Of a DNA stretch of 64,000 bases, positions 27,552-41,005 are shown in pieces. The translations under genes were made by a program, and so were the position numbers. Each line of letters starts with the position of its first letter. The first letter of the stretch is position 1. The stretch spans positions 3,286,001 through 3,350,000 of the forward strand of contig CP089275.1 of the NCBI GenBank assembly GCA_023920165.1, given 5' to 3'. This DNA comes from Curvularia clavata (Eukaryota). Under the pieces are notes generated by a model. That model did not search any database, was not told where the DNA came from, and saw only the letters and a program-made list of their open reading frames with translations.

Positions 27552-27834
27552 CTGCAAATGGTTAGGGGTATTCCACGCTGGTAGATGCAGAGCAGAGCAG
27601 AGCATGATCCTTTACGCAGGTATTATCCTGATCAAGTTCAAAACCGTATAATCTCAGAACGAATCCAGCCATGGCCGGCTGGCACACTGAAGTGACCAAG
27701 CACAACAGCAGCCGAGACCGACATGGCTGGAGACGGACACCGGTTCATGCAGTATACTTAGCTGTAGAAAGTACCTAGGTGACTTGAGGACAAGACCCGC
27801 GTGCGGAGCACGGCCTGCACTGTGGCAGCCATAC
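27552..27834 (-). promoter_or_regulatory. Riboswitch-controlled 5'-UTR intron of THI4 with alternative 5' splice sites
   Basis: Donors GTATGG (27834), GTACTT (27774) and possibly GTATAC (27757). Branch CTAAC and acceptor TTTGCAG ending at 27552, 26 nt before the THI4 ATG. Confidence 0.8.
27602..27750 (-). ncRNA. TPP riboswitch aptamer in the 5'-UTR intron of THI4
   Basis: Minus strand reads GCATGAACCGGTG..long P3 (CCAGCCATG..CATGGCTGG)..CTGAGATTATACGGTTTTGAACTTGATCAGGATAATACCTGCGTAAAGGATCATGC. P1 GCATGA/TCATGC closes, and all conserved THI-box motifs are present. Confidence 0.95.
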
Positions 27835-29379
27835 TTTGAGAGGGTTCGAGTATCTAGGTTGTGGTTAGCTATGGCTCTCAGGAAAGTCTGAGCTGGTGGA
27901 TGAGTACGAATGATGTTGAAGCAAAGTCAATTGGGTTTTGCGGAAGAACTGGCGAAGTCTGAGGTAAAGAAGAAGAAGAAGATGAAGGAGATCAGAAGGA
28001 GGTGGTTAAATATTGGAAGAGCCCCGCCATGTCTCCATGAGTATCCTCCGTCACCCGTTGAGGGCGGGGTAGCTCTTGCTATCTAGGTTTGTCCGTGCAT
28101 TAGCCCCCCACTGTACTTGCCGTTTTGGAGGCGTGGAGTGAGCGCCGCGGACGATGTGATTTGTGAGAAGGGCATGCCGTAGCCGAGTGTTGCGCTAATG
28201 GTCCAACGTCGGACGCAACTGTGAGCAAAAGACTGACGGAATCGAGGTCCGGGACCACATGACGATAATACTAATGCAGCACGTGTTGGTGCAATTCGAT
28301 ATTTGCGCATGATGTTTGAAGGCGTGCATGGATAGATTGGGTGCGGACACTTGTTTGTTGCAGAGTCCTAGGAGAGTTTCGAAATAAGGACTGGGTAGCA
28401 CCAAGACGCACACGGGAAATTGGGATTTATGCTTGCCATAGCTGACTTCTATTGGTCAGAAAGAGAAGATTTTCAGTTGATTGATTCGACTGCACGTCGT
28501 GGACATGACTAATCGGTGGCATTGGTAGCGTACGAGGCACGGGTTGACACGAGAACAGATGGAAACTCCCTTGTCACTAGTTGGTACATGGCAAAGACAC
28601 ATTCACGTATTTGGGTGACGCAAAGTTGCCTCAGGCCCTTCCCAAGACTGCGACTATCAAGACACCTGGCTATATGTGTCTGCTTGGGACCATCAGCTGT
28701 TACCCTGGCGCAATTGAGACTAGAGTCAGCTCAGATCCGCGGACAAGGCACAGATCTGTCAGTCGATCAGACCCCACGTCATGCTGGATATGACAAAGTT
28801 TAAGCACAAGGGGCCAGATGGGAGCACTGGGGGACAGGCATGGCCTGATTATGTATCACGGGCACACAGCTTGTGGTATTGCAGCGTGGGCAGTGTTGCG
28901 GAACGGGCAGCTGAGACAGCAGTGCGGCAGAGGGCTGCGAAGGCGTGGTATGCGTGTCTTGTGCTTGTATGACAATGTGCGTGGTAGCAGGTAGGGACGA
29001 GATGGTGTTGGCTGGGGCAATGGCGGCGGGGAGGACAGGGAGGACAGGGCCAGGGCCGATCAGCAGGGACGGCACGGGTGGATGAAACGCGTCTGTGTTG
29101 GCGTCGTTATTCCCGTTTGTTTCAGGATTTGGGCAGCACAGGCACAGGCGCAAATGAAGTGCCGGTGGGCAGAATAATTTCCGCCGTTGGCGCACGCTGG
29201 CTAGCAGGCCGGGCGCTGAAACGAGGGCATGGTACAAACGGCTCTCAGTCTGTTCCGAGCGAGCGGGCATCGGGGCGTCATGTGCAGGCAGAGGGGACGC
29301 GTACCTGCATCCTGTCATACTGGCCGCCGACAGCGACACGGCGTCGCAATGGCAGTAGTGGCGGCGACGAGCACGCAAC

Positions 29380-30196
29380 TATATGTATACATATATATAT
29401 GCGTGTGTGTAGTACTGTATGTAAGTAAGACGAGATCGGGGGGCTGGGAGGGCAATCGGTGATTAGCAATAATGGCCATGGCTGTTCGAGGCCCCGTCGG
29501 GCTCGTGATGGCCATGGCCCCAGGCTGCGCTGTGCTTGCTGTGGGTTAGTGTACGCGAGTGGTGTAGATGGCTTCCATGGTAGCTTTGGTCGTGGCCGTG
29601 GTAGTGGTAGCGATGGCAGCAGTGGTAGTGGTCGTGGTAGTGGTAGTAGGTGTAGCGCCGCCTAAGCAGCGGCGCAGAGATGCAACTATGGCGACGGTGC
29701 GGGCGCGGCTGCCATCTAGGCGTGCGATCTGCGATGGCGTGGGGCTTGGCAGGGCCTCGTCGCCCTTTGTAATAGCCCAGAGCTGACGGCCTCGTCTGTG
29801 TGTGTGTGTGTGTGCCGTGGCCATGTGGCCATTGTATGCCGCCAGAGCACACTGGCAGCAGCGGGGAGCACATTGATTGACAGCGCCCTCGAGAGGCTGC
29901 CGGCTGCCGAGCCGTCTGCGGCGTGCAGATGCAGATACTGTCGACAGACAGGCAGGGCAGGCCAGGGCCGCATGGATTCATCTGTCTGCTAGACCCTGGC
30001 CAGCTCAGGCCGCACGGATGCTCGAGGCCGCCGCCTCCTCCACACACTCGACGCCAGGCCAGACACTGGGACAGCCGACAAGACGACCCTCGTCGCGCAC
30101 AGAGGCCGTTCGCTCCCACGCTGCACCCGCCCTCTCTCTCTCTCCCTGTGACCGTCGCCGTCGCTGTCGCCGTCGCTGTCGCCGTTGCTGTCGCCG
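29380..30196. repeat. Simple-sequence-repeat-rich island: (TA)n, (GGTAGT/GGT)n, (TG)n, (CT)n, (GTCGCY)n
   Basis: Visible tracts at about 29385-29410, 29588-29652, 29796-29814, 30132-30144 and 30154-30196. Confidence 0.8.
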
Positions 30197-30502
30197 CGCC
30201 CTCTGCCACACTCGACACCCTCTGCTGCCCTGCCCTCCTCGCGCCCTTTGCACCCTGGCGGGCACACTCTAACAACCCACCCACCCACTCTCTCTCCCAC
30301 CGCCCCGACAACCGCACCCGCACCACCACGCCCACCACCACGCCCGACCTCTCGCCCTCGCCTTGCCCGCTGCTGCCTGTCGGACAATTGCTCACTCGCC
30401 CAGGCACGCTGCCATCTGCAGCCCTAGCAGCCCTCTTGCGCCCCAGCACCACGCCTCCCTTGCGTCTGCACCCGTACCCGCTCCGCACATTGCTACGCCA
30501 AC

Positions 30503-33500
30503 ATGGATAGTCCAGGAGCCTACCCAGAGTCTCCAATCGACGACGAGGTCGTCTACCCCTGCAAGGGCTGTGGAGAGGTATGCTTCTGCACCATGCTTTG
30601 TTCTCGCCAGCTTGCTCACCCGCCACTTCCAGATTCTTGAAGAAGGCAAGGCATTCGAACTCGGTATGTCCTCCCTGCACTGCACTGCACCTTCCTCCTC
30701 TTGGACTGCACGCTGACACTACCCAAGCTGGCAACCGATGGCACATCGACTGCTTCCGCTGCAACACCTGCGGCACCCTCCTCGACTCCGATGCGAACCT
30801 GCTCCTCCTCGGCGACGGCTCCCTCATATGCAACAACTGCACATATAGCTGCAACCACTGCGGCAACAAGATCGAGGACCTGGCTATCCTGACTGGCGAC
30901 CAGGCCTTCTGTGCTAATTGCTTCAGATGCAGGAACTGCAAGCGCAAGATTGAAAACCTCCGCTATGCCCGTACCTCGCAGGGAATCTTCTGCATGGCAT
31001 GTCACGAGTCGCTCATGGCTCGACGGCGCAAGAAATCAAAAAAGCCGCCCTCAGTCGCTCCAAAAGTAGACAAATCTTTGCCGGCCCTGCCTCCCCAGGA
31101 GCCATCGAGCAGCACTTTCACCCCAGACCTGGATACGCCGTCGGATGCTTTCTCAGAACCCCCGACGACTGACGTGTCTCCTAGACCACCTCATCCTCGA
31201 CGAGGCGACTCATCCTCCAACTTTAGACGGGACGCGTCGCCGGCTCCAGATCTCTCCCGAAAGGGTCAGTTTTGTCAAACGTCCATATGCTTTATCTGAA
31301 TACTAACAAAGTTACAATATAGACAATACCACCCTTCCTGCCACAACCTACGGCAAAGACACAAGTCGCTCCGAGCCCGCTGACGCTGCAGACGACGGCA
31401 TCCTCCTCCCCTTCGCTCTCGACCCGAATCCCGCACCAGGCCCCTCGCCTCTAGGCCAATCCAGCAGAACCAACGACCGAACAGGATCCAAGTCTGCAGG
31501 TCTCGGAGATGCAAAGAGCAGCCGCGACTACTTCAACAGGCCCACAGCCGACCATCGCGATAAGCTCAAGGAGAATGGCTCGCGGGATGCCTCCAAAGAG
31601 CGAAGGCAGACATACCAGCCTCAGTCACAGACACAGAGCCCCCACATTGCTTACCAAGAAAAGGGAAGACAGCCTTCGGATACATTGGTAGACACGCTCA
31701 AGAAGAAGAAGAAGGATGGCGCCACCGAGTCTTCCTCAACCGAGCCCCGATCGAGGAGTCAACATGCCTCACCTGCACCACCCTCCGCCTCAGAACCCTT
31801 TAAGCTCCAAGACGTACCCAAGGGCAAGAAAGCCGAGGCAAAGCGCAAAGACTCTGAAGATACGGCTTCCACATATAGTCAGCAACAACAACAGCAGCAG
31901 CAGCGTAGCACCTCCAATACCGCTACACCTTCTCGACACAGCCGTTCATTCATAGACTCAACCTTTACATCCTCTCCACCCATCGGTTCGCAGGACTCGC
32001 CTGATACCTCGGAATCGTCCTTCGGCTCCAATGTCATTCTTGAGCGCCCCACACGCGGCGACTCGCTCAACCCCAGTCTCAAGACTTCTGCGCCTCAATC
32101 CCAGCACGACAAGTCTGGTGGTGGCTCACCCACAACTCCTACCCTGAGCCACCCCGAGCGATCATCATCTGCAGCTGCAGCTACGGCGCAATTGAATGCT
32201 GGCCTTGGCATTACTGCCTCAGCGGACACACCGTCCTCCAAAAGCCTGTCGGATGTTCCTGTTCTCCCTGCACGTTCGGGCGGCCGGCCAGCTCCACAAT
32301 CGACTGACACTTTCACTTCTCCGCGCGCTCCTCCACAGCCACCCTCAGCACAGGCTCATAAGCCAAGCGAGTCTCTGAGCAGTGCCCAGAGCGAAGCATC
32401 TCGAGATGCCTACCCTCCGGGCGGACTGCCTCGTTACAGCCACCAGGGCGACTTCTCCATGGACGAGGACTTTGCACGACTGTTGGGTAGTCAAGAGGGA
32501 AGAGAAGACAAGGAAAGCGGTGTTCTCAGGAGGGTCTCGAACGCTGTCTCAAAGCATGGACGTAGTTTCAGTGATCGTTCAGTCACTACGCGAGGCCACA
32601 AGAAATGGCCTACCAACGGCTCCATCGATATCAGCAGCCCCACAGTCGCCTCACCAGACTCCAAGGAAGAAGGTGCCAACCTGAGGAATGAACTGCGCCG
32701 CGCACAACAGAGGATTGCAGAGCTTGAGGCTGAAAAGAACGGGCTGCAAGAATCAATGCACAGTGCAGCCGACATCAAACAAGCCAATACAGTGTTGCGA
32801 GAAAAGCGAAACACCATGGCTGTCTTGGACACCCAGCGTGAAATGGTCATTCGCGAGTTGGAAATCATGACTGAGCACCTCAAGCGCGCTAAGAACAGTC
32901 AAGGTTCCATGGACATTAATCAGCTCAAATCAGACATTCTCAAAGACTTTGGGACCTCGCTGCAGAAGCTCAAAGACAACCTGGGTCATCAAATAGAGGA
33001 TCTGATCACCAAGAGGTCAGAGTTGACTGAAGAGATTTCTAATCTCATCCAGATGAAGGACAAGGGTTTCCAAGAGTACGAATCGCTTACCGCAGCTAAT
33101 GCTAGATTGTCTGCCATGAACCGTGATCTAGTGGACAATATCCAGACCAATCTCAAGAACAACAAGAAGCCTGGTCAAAATCTAGATATTCCCTCCAACG
33201 GCCTGGGCATCTACAATGCCCAGCACAAGGGCGGAAAATCGGAGCTCTCCGTTGACATCTCATCCATGCCTCACGAGCATTCGTACGCCAACCTTCACGA
33301 TCACGACGCCGAGGCGACTGTCGCTCAGCCACAGGTCGTCAACATCAGGAAGACGGGCAAGCCTACCAAGTTCTCCACCTGGAAAAAGGGTGGCCAGGCC
33401 ATTACCAAGAACGTCACAAAGGGCTTCAAGGGTGCATTCGGCTCGGAGCAGAAACAAGACGACTACCAAATCAAAGTCATTGGAACTCCCTATGGCTCAG

Positions 33501-34370
33501 TACACCAGCAGCCTGATCTTGTCTCCATGTCCAGCTCAATTAAGAGTGGCCAGCAAGACCAGCGCGGTTGGTTTGGTGGTAAGCCTACAGGTGGTAAACC
33601 AGGCCAATCACAGTATAAGCCAATGCAGCACAACGAGAGTACCCTCAATTTACCTGCAGATGCCAGCACTGTACTCTTCGGTTCTGACCTGACGGCGCGA
33701 TGTGAGTTCGAGAAGCAAATGATTCCCCGTATCGTCAGTCGATGTATCGAGGAGGTCGAACTGCGCGGCATGGACGTCGAAGGCATCTACCGCAAGAGCG
33801 GAGGCTCTTCTCAAGTAAACCAGGTCCGCAAAGGTTTCGAGACAGACTCGGAACACGACATTTCCGACCCGGACTTGGATATCCATGCAGTCACGTCCGC
33901 GCTCAAGAACTACTTCCGAAGACTCCCTGTGCCATTGATTACATTTGATGTCTATGACCGGTTTTTGGAAGCTGGCCGTAAGTATGCCCCTACTTACTTA
34001 CATAGCTATTGCTAACTCTCGTCTAGAACTAGAAGAGCCGAGTGCGCAAGCCAAAGCTTTGTCTGCGGCCGTGAATGAGATACCCAAGGCCCATCGCGAC
34101 ACTCTCCAGTTCCTTGTATTCCATTTATCCCGCGTCATCCAGCATGCCAGTGACAATTTGGTATGTATTCATCTGAACATCTTTTACAATGTGCTCTTTT
34201 ACTAACCCTTTTTCCCCCTCCAGATGACCCCATTAAACGTTGCCGTTGTTTTCGCCCCAACCATCATGCGACCTATGGACATTCAGCGCGAGCTCACAGA
34301 TGTTCAGCAGCAGCGCGTTGCCGTGCAAGCGCTCCTTGAAAACTACAAGTCTGTGTTTGGTGACGAGTAG
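30503..34370 (+). CDS. LIM-domain Rho GTPase-activating protein (Rga1/Rga2-like), 5 introns
   Basis: Two N-terminal LIM domains (CKGC..HIDCFRCNTC..CNNC; CNHC..CANCFRCRNC..CMAC), a coiled coil, and a RhoGAP domain with EGIYRKSG arginine finger and N(L)MTPLNVAVVFAPTIM. Confidence 0.9.
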
Positions 34371-34847
34371 AGGCAGATCGCCTCTAGTTGCTCGGATTAC
34401 ACTTATCCGTTGGGAATATCTCCTATATTGAAGAGCACTCACTCTCCATTGGCTCGCCTTTCACTGTTCCATTCATCTTCAATTTTTGCATATCGATACT
34501 GGATGTTATAATAGGGTGTCGAACGCTTTTTCTCTTCTATCTTGTACCATACGACTCTGTACTTGGCTTTGGATGACTTTCATACCAACGACTGTCAGGG
34601 GCGTATCTGTGGTGGTGATGGAAGTTCTTTCTATACCCTTGAGGGCTTTGTTCTTGCTTGGTTGTCTTAGCGTCAGGTGCGGCATCTTGATAGATTCATG
34701 AAAAAGCAGCACATTGTGTGCTTTGTATCAGTTAACCTGGAATCAAATTTGAGGCCAACATGTGTGGTCTAGAATATCACATGCTCCACAAGCATGTGCT
34801 GTTCCTATGCTTGGCAGTTTCGTGACAACGCGCTAACACGCTCACAA

Positions 34848-34855
34848 TGACGTCA
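34848..34855. promoter_or_regulatory. Perfect CRE (ATF/CREB) palindrome upstream of the OM14-like gene
   Basis: TGACGTCA about 180 nt upstream of the ATG at 35037. Confidence 0.35.
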
Positions 34856-35036
34856 CAGTTTCGCCCACTAAGCGAACAAACATGTGAGGCAGCCGGTTTC
34901 CGGTACCAACCATCACCTGTCACCTTCCACAGCTCTCCAATATCCATCAACAGATCTGCTGCTCGCACTCTGATTCCACAACCCTTGCATCTTCATACCT
35001 TCGTACCAATACACTCCTCACCTTCCTCTCTTCATC

Positions 35037-35795
35037 ATGTCTTACGCAGAGATGGCTGCCAAGGGCCCCAAGCAGAGCCCTGAAGAGGTGAGTTTCTCGA
35101 GACAAGATCAGATGTGTGCCATAGCTAATCATAAGACAGGCGTAAGTCATCCTAAATTTTCCTTCTCAATCCTGAAGAATTGGCTCGACAACAGCATTCA
35201 ATGTAGAGATGTGGTCATGCACGTTACAGCAAACCACATGCAATCCTACATCCAGAGCATCAGAGCCCACAGAGCACAATACTGACGAAGAACACAGTCG
35301 TGCTCCCGCACCACCACAAGTTGAACACACCCCGGATGATAGCATCCACTCGCTCGTCGACGTTGACAGCCCCCACATCTCCTCGGTGCCCTCCGACTAC
35401 GAGTCTCAATCCATCAAGACCGACACGCAGGCTGAGCGCATACAACGCGAGGAGGAGATCAAGGAAGAAGCCAGAAGATTGAAGGAGAAAGCAGCTGCAA
35501 AGAAGGAGTCTGCCAAGGAGAAGGCGAAAAAGAATGCTGACAACCCCGTTGTGATTGGCAATGCCGTCGGTCTTGCCATTGTTGGCGGTATCGTCGGATT
35601 TGGCGCGTACAGGCAGTATGCCCGCGGAGAGTTGACCGGCAAGGTCGTCGCCGCCTGGGCTGCTGCGCTCGGTCTGTTCGGTCTTGGTGACTACTACGTC
35701 AGCCAGTATGTTTAAACCTTTCTCTTACTATTTTAGCCAATCTTTTTGCTCACACTTGGAACAGATATTTCTTCAAGCGAAACCCGCCGCAGTAA
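35037..35795 (+). CDS. Small C-terminally membrane-anchored protein, OM14-like mitochondrial outer membrane protein (3 introns, includes a 2-nt exon)
   Basis: MSYAEMAAKGPKQSPEE-A-RAPAPP..SLVDVDSPHISSVPSD..NPVVIGN, two hydrophobic segments, last exon YFFKRNPPQ*. Confidence 0.6.
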
Positions 35796-36142
35796 ATGCA
35801 GTCCTGCGATCGGCATAGAAAACTCCACTTCATTCCATCAAGGCATTGCAATGCCGGATTTGGTCGGGCGGCTTCATCACCTAAACTTTACTGGTTTAGC
35901 TTGGTTTAGCTTGAATTTCGTGTGCTTTCAACTCTGTTGGCAAGATGCAACAAGCTAGGAGCTTTGGACTCAGATCCAGTCTCGAAAGAGATGTTTTGCT
36001 GAGTCTACTTTTGTACATACGAGGTCCACGTTCAATATACCCATTCTAATATCTCTAAACCGTCTTTGTAAATGATCTGCCAGCACGGCACTTGATCCCT
36101 GTACGCTTGTGTTATTTCTGTTGGGACTGATCTCGGGTGACA

Positions 36143-36154
36143 GGTCACGTGACC
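36143..36154. promoter_or_regulatory. Palindromic bHLH E-box (GGTCACGTGACC) in the MIA40 promoter
   Basis: 12-bp perfect palindrome, bracketed by the inverted repeat GATCTCGG (36129)/CCGAGATC (36153). Confidence 0.45.
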
Positions 36155-36305
36155 GAGATCGTCAGCGACGCAGATCCCTGCTCTTTCCGCTTAGAAATGC
36201 AGGTCCCGTAACTTTTCCATAGTGACGACAGTGTCTTGTCCCGCCGTCAACGTCCGCCACGACTTTCATTCACCATCTCTTCTTTGTTTCATATCGTTCT
36301 CTGTC

Positions 36306-37458
36306 ATGTTTCGAGCGGCTCCACGATTAATTGCGCGTCCAGCGCTGCAGACTGCGTCATTGCGGTCCATCGCACCCACCAGGCGGTACATCAGCACGGC
36401 TCCACCATCACAGAAGTCGAGAAGTTTTAAGAGCCTGGTTGCGCGAGTGGGCATTGCCGGCGCCATAATATACTACTATAACACGACGGATGTTTTCGCA
36501 GAGGAGCCGAGGCGTATGTCTGGACTTGGGAAAACAAAGTCGTTGGAATCAGAAGACTGACGAGGATTCCAGAGCTTGTCCAGGCGCTTCCAGAAACCGA
36601 AGTTGAATCCGAGCAACTCCCTACCATCGAATCCATTTCGGAAGAACGCAAGCGAAGGCAGGCAGTACAAGCGCAACTAGAACTTCAGAAGCAGAAAGAA
36701 GCAGAGAATGCACAGCACGATGGAGAACAGGGCGGCATAGAGGGACTGGAAGAAGAGGCGGATCAGCAAGGCGCGTTCAACCCAGAGACTGGAGAGATCA
36801 ATTGGGATTGCCCGTGCTTGGGAGGTATGGCTCATGGCCCTTGCGGTGACCAGTTCAAGGCGGCGTTCAGCTGCTTTGTTTACTCGAAAGAGGAGCCCAA
36901 GGGCATGGACTGTATCGATAAGTTCAAGTACGTTTCATCACCTGGGCAGACATGTCTGGATTTCAACTCGCAGGTCGTATGGATTACTAACATGAAAACA
37001 GGGATATGCAAAACTGCTTCCGTGAATATCCTGAGATTTACGGCTCAGAACTCGACGCCGACGCCGATGACGATGAGGACGATATGGCCACGGCTCCAGC
37101 ATCAACCGAGACATCATCCGGTCAATCTTCGAATGCTTCTCCTCTTCAGGCTGACTCCGCGCCCAAGCTCACCCCAAGTGAGGACTCTACGTCAGCTCAA
37201 GACAAGTCGAAGCCAAGTGCCTCAGATGCCGGTCTGGTACCTGAAGAATACCGACCGGAAAGGAAACACAACCCTGTCTTTGATGCCCGGGGAGACATGA
37301 GTAGCGTGGAGAGCGAAAAGGACAAGAAGGACGACACAACTGCAAAGAAGGCGAGTTCGGCAAAGAACCAGGAGCCAGTCAGCGAGAGCAAGGACCTAGT
37401 ACCCAAGTCAAGCCACGATTCCGATGAGAAGGGAACAGAGAAGCTCTCCAGGAGGTAG
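36306..37458 (+). CDS. MIA40: Mitochondrial intermembrane space import oxidoreductase Mia40 (2 introns)
   Basis: Presequence [13 protein letters not shown] segment, [42 protein letters not shown] (CPC plus twin CX9C). Confidence 0.95.
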
Positions 37459-38598
37459 ACGAAAGAGGTGGGTGATATGAAGGGAAGCATGATTTACTCA
37501 AGTGTACTATATTACGCCATTGTACTATATTGCAAAGATGTAACACTATGTCTGTGTTTTATAGTGAATTGGCGATTTGCGGAGGGAGTAAAAGAAGTAT
37601 TGAATCTCTACCTAGCTTAAGTTGGCTCTTCCCACTACTGTTCGAGTGAAATCCTGCATTGTTGACGAGTTTTGTTTCTTTTCAACTTGCCAAGCTGATT
37701 TACACGTCAGGCTACTGAGGATTTACCATTCTTTGTAACCATGTGAGCAGGTCCAATAATAGCAAATTCCTACATACTCTATTCATTCCAGGGTAAAGAA
37801 ATCAAAACCCCATCTCACCATGAAGTCGACAATGTTATTCGCCAAACATCAAGCAAACAACCCAAAAGGCAGTGAGTCAAGCAGATAAGGCGAGGAAGTC
37901 CGAGTGAGGAAGCACGTGCAGCATACTCTTAGAAAAGAATAGAAACCACACACGTGAACATTTACTACCCTGTACAACTATGAAGCACAAACCATCCCTC
38001 TGGCACGCAGGGTGGGCAGAACGGGAACCCCATCTCCCCCCAGTTCCCTACCAAGAGAGTCAGAGGAAAAGACACAGACAGACATGTGTGCGGCAAGATG
38101 ATAAGTACTAAAGACGCCGAAAACGCCTACCATTATTCGTTTGGAGGAGGCGGGAGACTACATACAACTCTCTTCCTCCTTCTCTCACAAACAGAAAGCA
38201 AGTAGCAGGCGATCAAAGAAAGAGGGGAGAGAAAGAAAAAATCATCCTTAATTGCCCCTCCAACGCGCATGTCTCAATCAAACCTGTCTTTCTGTCTGGC
38301 TGGCTGGCTGTATGCAGTACAGCACTTAGTAGTTAATCAAAAATACATTTCCCATCCATCGCCTCCCGCGTGCGTTCCCATACATCTCCATCTCCCCCCA
38401 CCCTACCAACCTACAAACGCGCCAGAAAAAAAAGGGAAAAAAAAAGAAAAGCCTCCGAATATGATGACTGATTGATTGATTGATGAAGGTACGCATGTTT
38501 CATGAGAGAGAGAGGAAGAGAGAGAAAGAGAGGAGAAAAGAAAAGAGTCCTTGTGTTTTTTTCAATCATGGTTTGTTCTTTCTTTCCAGTCTTGATCT

Positions 38599-41005
38599 CT
38601 AAATCTCTATTTTGCTGTATCCCTCTGCACCCTCAGCAATAGGTTGTGCGACGTCGGCATCGACGCTGTCGCGCTTGACGCCCATGCTGTCTTCGCCTTT
38701 GCCAACGCCAAACATTCTTATGGCCTCGGTAAGCGCCTGCACGGCATCCTCGTTGTTCATGCTGCCGGGTAGACCCTGGCCGCCGATTGAGCTGCTGATC
38801 TTCTTGGTTGCGTCTTCCAGGGCGCGGACGCGGCGTTGGAAGTTCAGGCGGTCCATGAAGAGTTGTTGGCGACGGCGTTGCAGGTCACGGCGCTCGGCGG
38901 AAAGGAGCTTCTCAAAGTCGTTGAAGTGGGCGAGCTTGAGCTGGAGCTTCTGTAGTTGGAGGTTGACAGCCCCTGAGACGAGGCGCGTAATGTGTCGTTC
39001 CTCATGGGATGCGAGCGCAGAGGAGCGCGCTGCAGAAAGGGCGAATGGGAGGGTTGCTAGGGGATTGGTGCCGGAAGAGGGTTCTGCTTCTTTTGTGGCT
39101 GCTGCAGTGGATTCAGCAGAGGTGTCAACGTCCATAGCGTCTCCACCCTCTAGCTTCATATCTGAGGCGGTGGCCGCAGTTGTAGATTGCTCGCCCTCCT
39201 TTTCCTTGCCCTTCTCTGAGGGAGCTGTGGGGGCCTTGTTGATCTTTTCCTGCAAGATGCGCTTCATCTCGTTAACACTGCGTCCCGAAGCTACTGCGGC
39301 TTCAGTGACGTTCGCAGGTGCAAGACCAGCCAAGAAGCTGACGACACTCAGAATTGGATTGTCCGCATGATGAATGGGGACGCGGCCTTCGCTGAGGTAC
39401 TCCAGGTCCCGCAGGAATTTAGTCGAAGGGGCCGCAGATTGTGACTCTGGTAGGTCTGCCTCAACGTACTTGTCCTCGATTTCCAGCTGTAGGAACTTCA
39501 TCACACACTGCTCCCGAGTCTTGGTTTGGACGTGGTCTGCAACACGGTTCCAGTCGTCGTCGAACTCCTCCAAGCCTTCAAGCAGCAGAAGAGTCTCTTC
39601 TTCTGTCCACTTTTCCTCGGCCTCGCTGGCCGCCAAATCCTCTGGGTTTGAGATCTTGATGAAGTCAGCCGATGATGTACCAGAGGGAAAATTGCCCTCT
39701 ACGAAACACCTGGGGCACAGATCCCGCTTCAAGCCTCCCGCGGCCTTCAATTGTCCTGGCTGCTCAGAAGGCTTCGTCTCGTGGAAATGTACGCGCGTGC
39801 ATTCGACACCGCAGCTGAAGCAGTTGATGACCTTGGTTGGTTCTTTCGCGGCAGCCTCGAGATCCTTGACGTCGACCGTTCCACCGTTCGCAGCGGCTTC
39901 TCCGTTGGCTGTCTTGGGTTCTGCGGAAGCCTCCTTGCCATTGGGCTCGTAAATGTTTCGTCCTGTAAGAGACTTGGTCTCGCTCTTTGCGATCGGTTGT
40001 TGACTCGCGGCGCGGTCAGTCGCTGCAAGTTGCTTGCCCTCTGTCACTTTTGAGCCTGGTCCCGGCTGGAAGGGTTGTAGTCCACGGGGCGTGTCGACTG
40101 TGACACGGAAATGGCCAGTGAATGGCGGACCGATGTTTGATGGGCGTTCCTGCGGGTCAACCTAGATGCTGTCAGTTCTGTATCGAGCCCATCATGGCGT
40201 GAAATATACTTGGTAGTTGATCAATCCCCACTGCTCGAGGAAAGCGTGCACACGCATGATAGCGCACACGTCTCCAGCAAGATTCCTGCGGCATGCAGTG
40301 ACTGTGAGGTACTCTGATGGATTGAGACGGTATGTGTTGATCATGAAATCACGGTAGTCACGGTAGACAGCCGGGGTCTTGCTGCGATTGCGGTTGTTGA
40401 AGAACTCTGGTAGGGCTTTGCGCTCGCGGTAGTCGATGTAGCGCATGTCAAACCAAGTCGCATAACTTGGAATGATAGTCGCATAGGTCTGGGTAACGAA
40501 GTGCGAGCGTGCTGCTGATTGCAGGTCGGCCTTTGCTTGTGCTTCAGGATCCACGACTTCGGCGCCCTCGCCGCTCTCCTTCTTTGCGTCATCGACACCA
40601 CCCATTTCTTCGTCTTCCTGACCGTCTGCATCTTCGGCTTCTGGTCGCGGTCCTTCTGGTGCGTCTAGAGGATTGTCGGATGCGGCGGCAGGTGTAGCAG
40701 TAGTGGGCTCATTCGAGGACTCCTTGACAGCGGTGTCTTCGAGCATGCTCGTGTCTGGTTCGAAAATCAGCATGTTGATCTTTCGATTACGTGTGAAATC
40801 CTAAGCAAGATAGAAATGCAATAAAGATGATTGTAGTTTGGAAACATATTCAGGGTCATCCAGCCGACGTGGCTAAGGATGGGCGTGACGGAACAAGCAC
40901 AGAAAGCTGCAACATACCTTGATCAAGCGCATTGGTGTCTGCGGCGCCTTCTCCGGAGAGAGTTGGGTCCTGTGCTGATGCGCTTGTTGTCGCGTCGTCG
41001 GCCAT
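38599..41005 (-). CDS. RSC8: SWI/SNF-RSC subunit Rsc8/Swi3/Ssr2 (SWIRM, ZZ-like, SANT), 2 introns
   Basis: [69 protein letters not shown]-terminal [11 protein letters not shown] coiled coil. Confidence 0.9.

Noticed and set aside
29463..30947. 494-aa minus-strand ORF
   Set aside because: It is antisense to the RhoGAP 5' exons and runs through GC-rich microsatellites (ATATAT.., HYHYH). No domain is recognisable, so it is best explained as a stop-poor shadow ORF.
35088..35297. Stwintron (nested intron) reading of the OM14-like double intron
   Set aside because: Removing the first intron does not rebuild a valid donor, and the reading frame needs the GC dinucleotide to be exonic.
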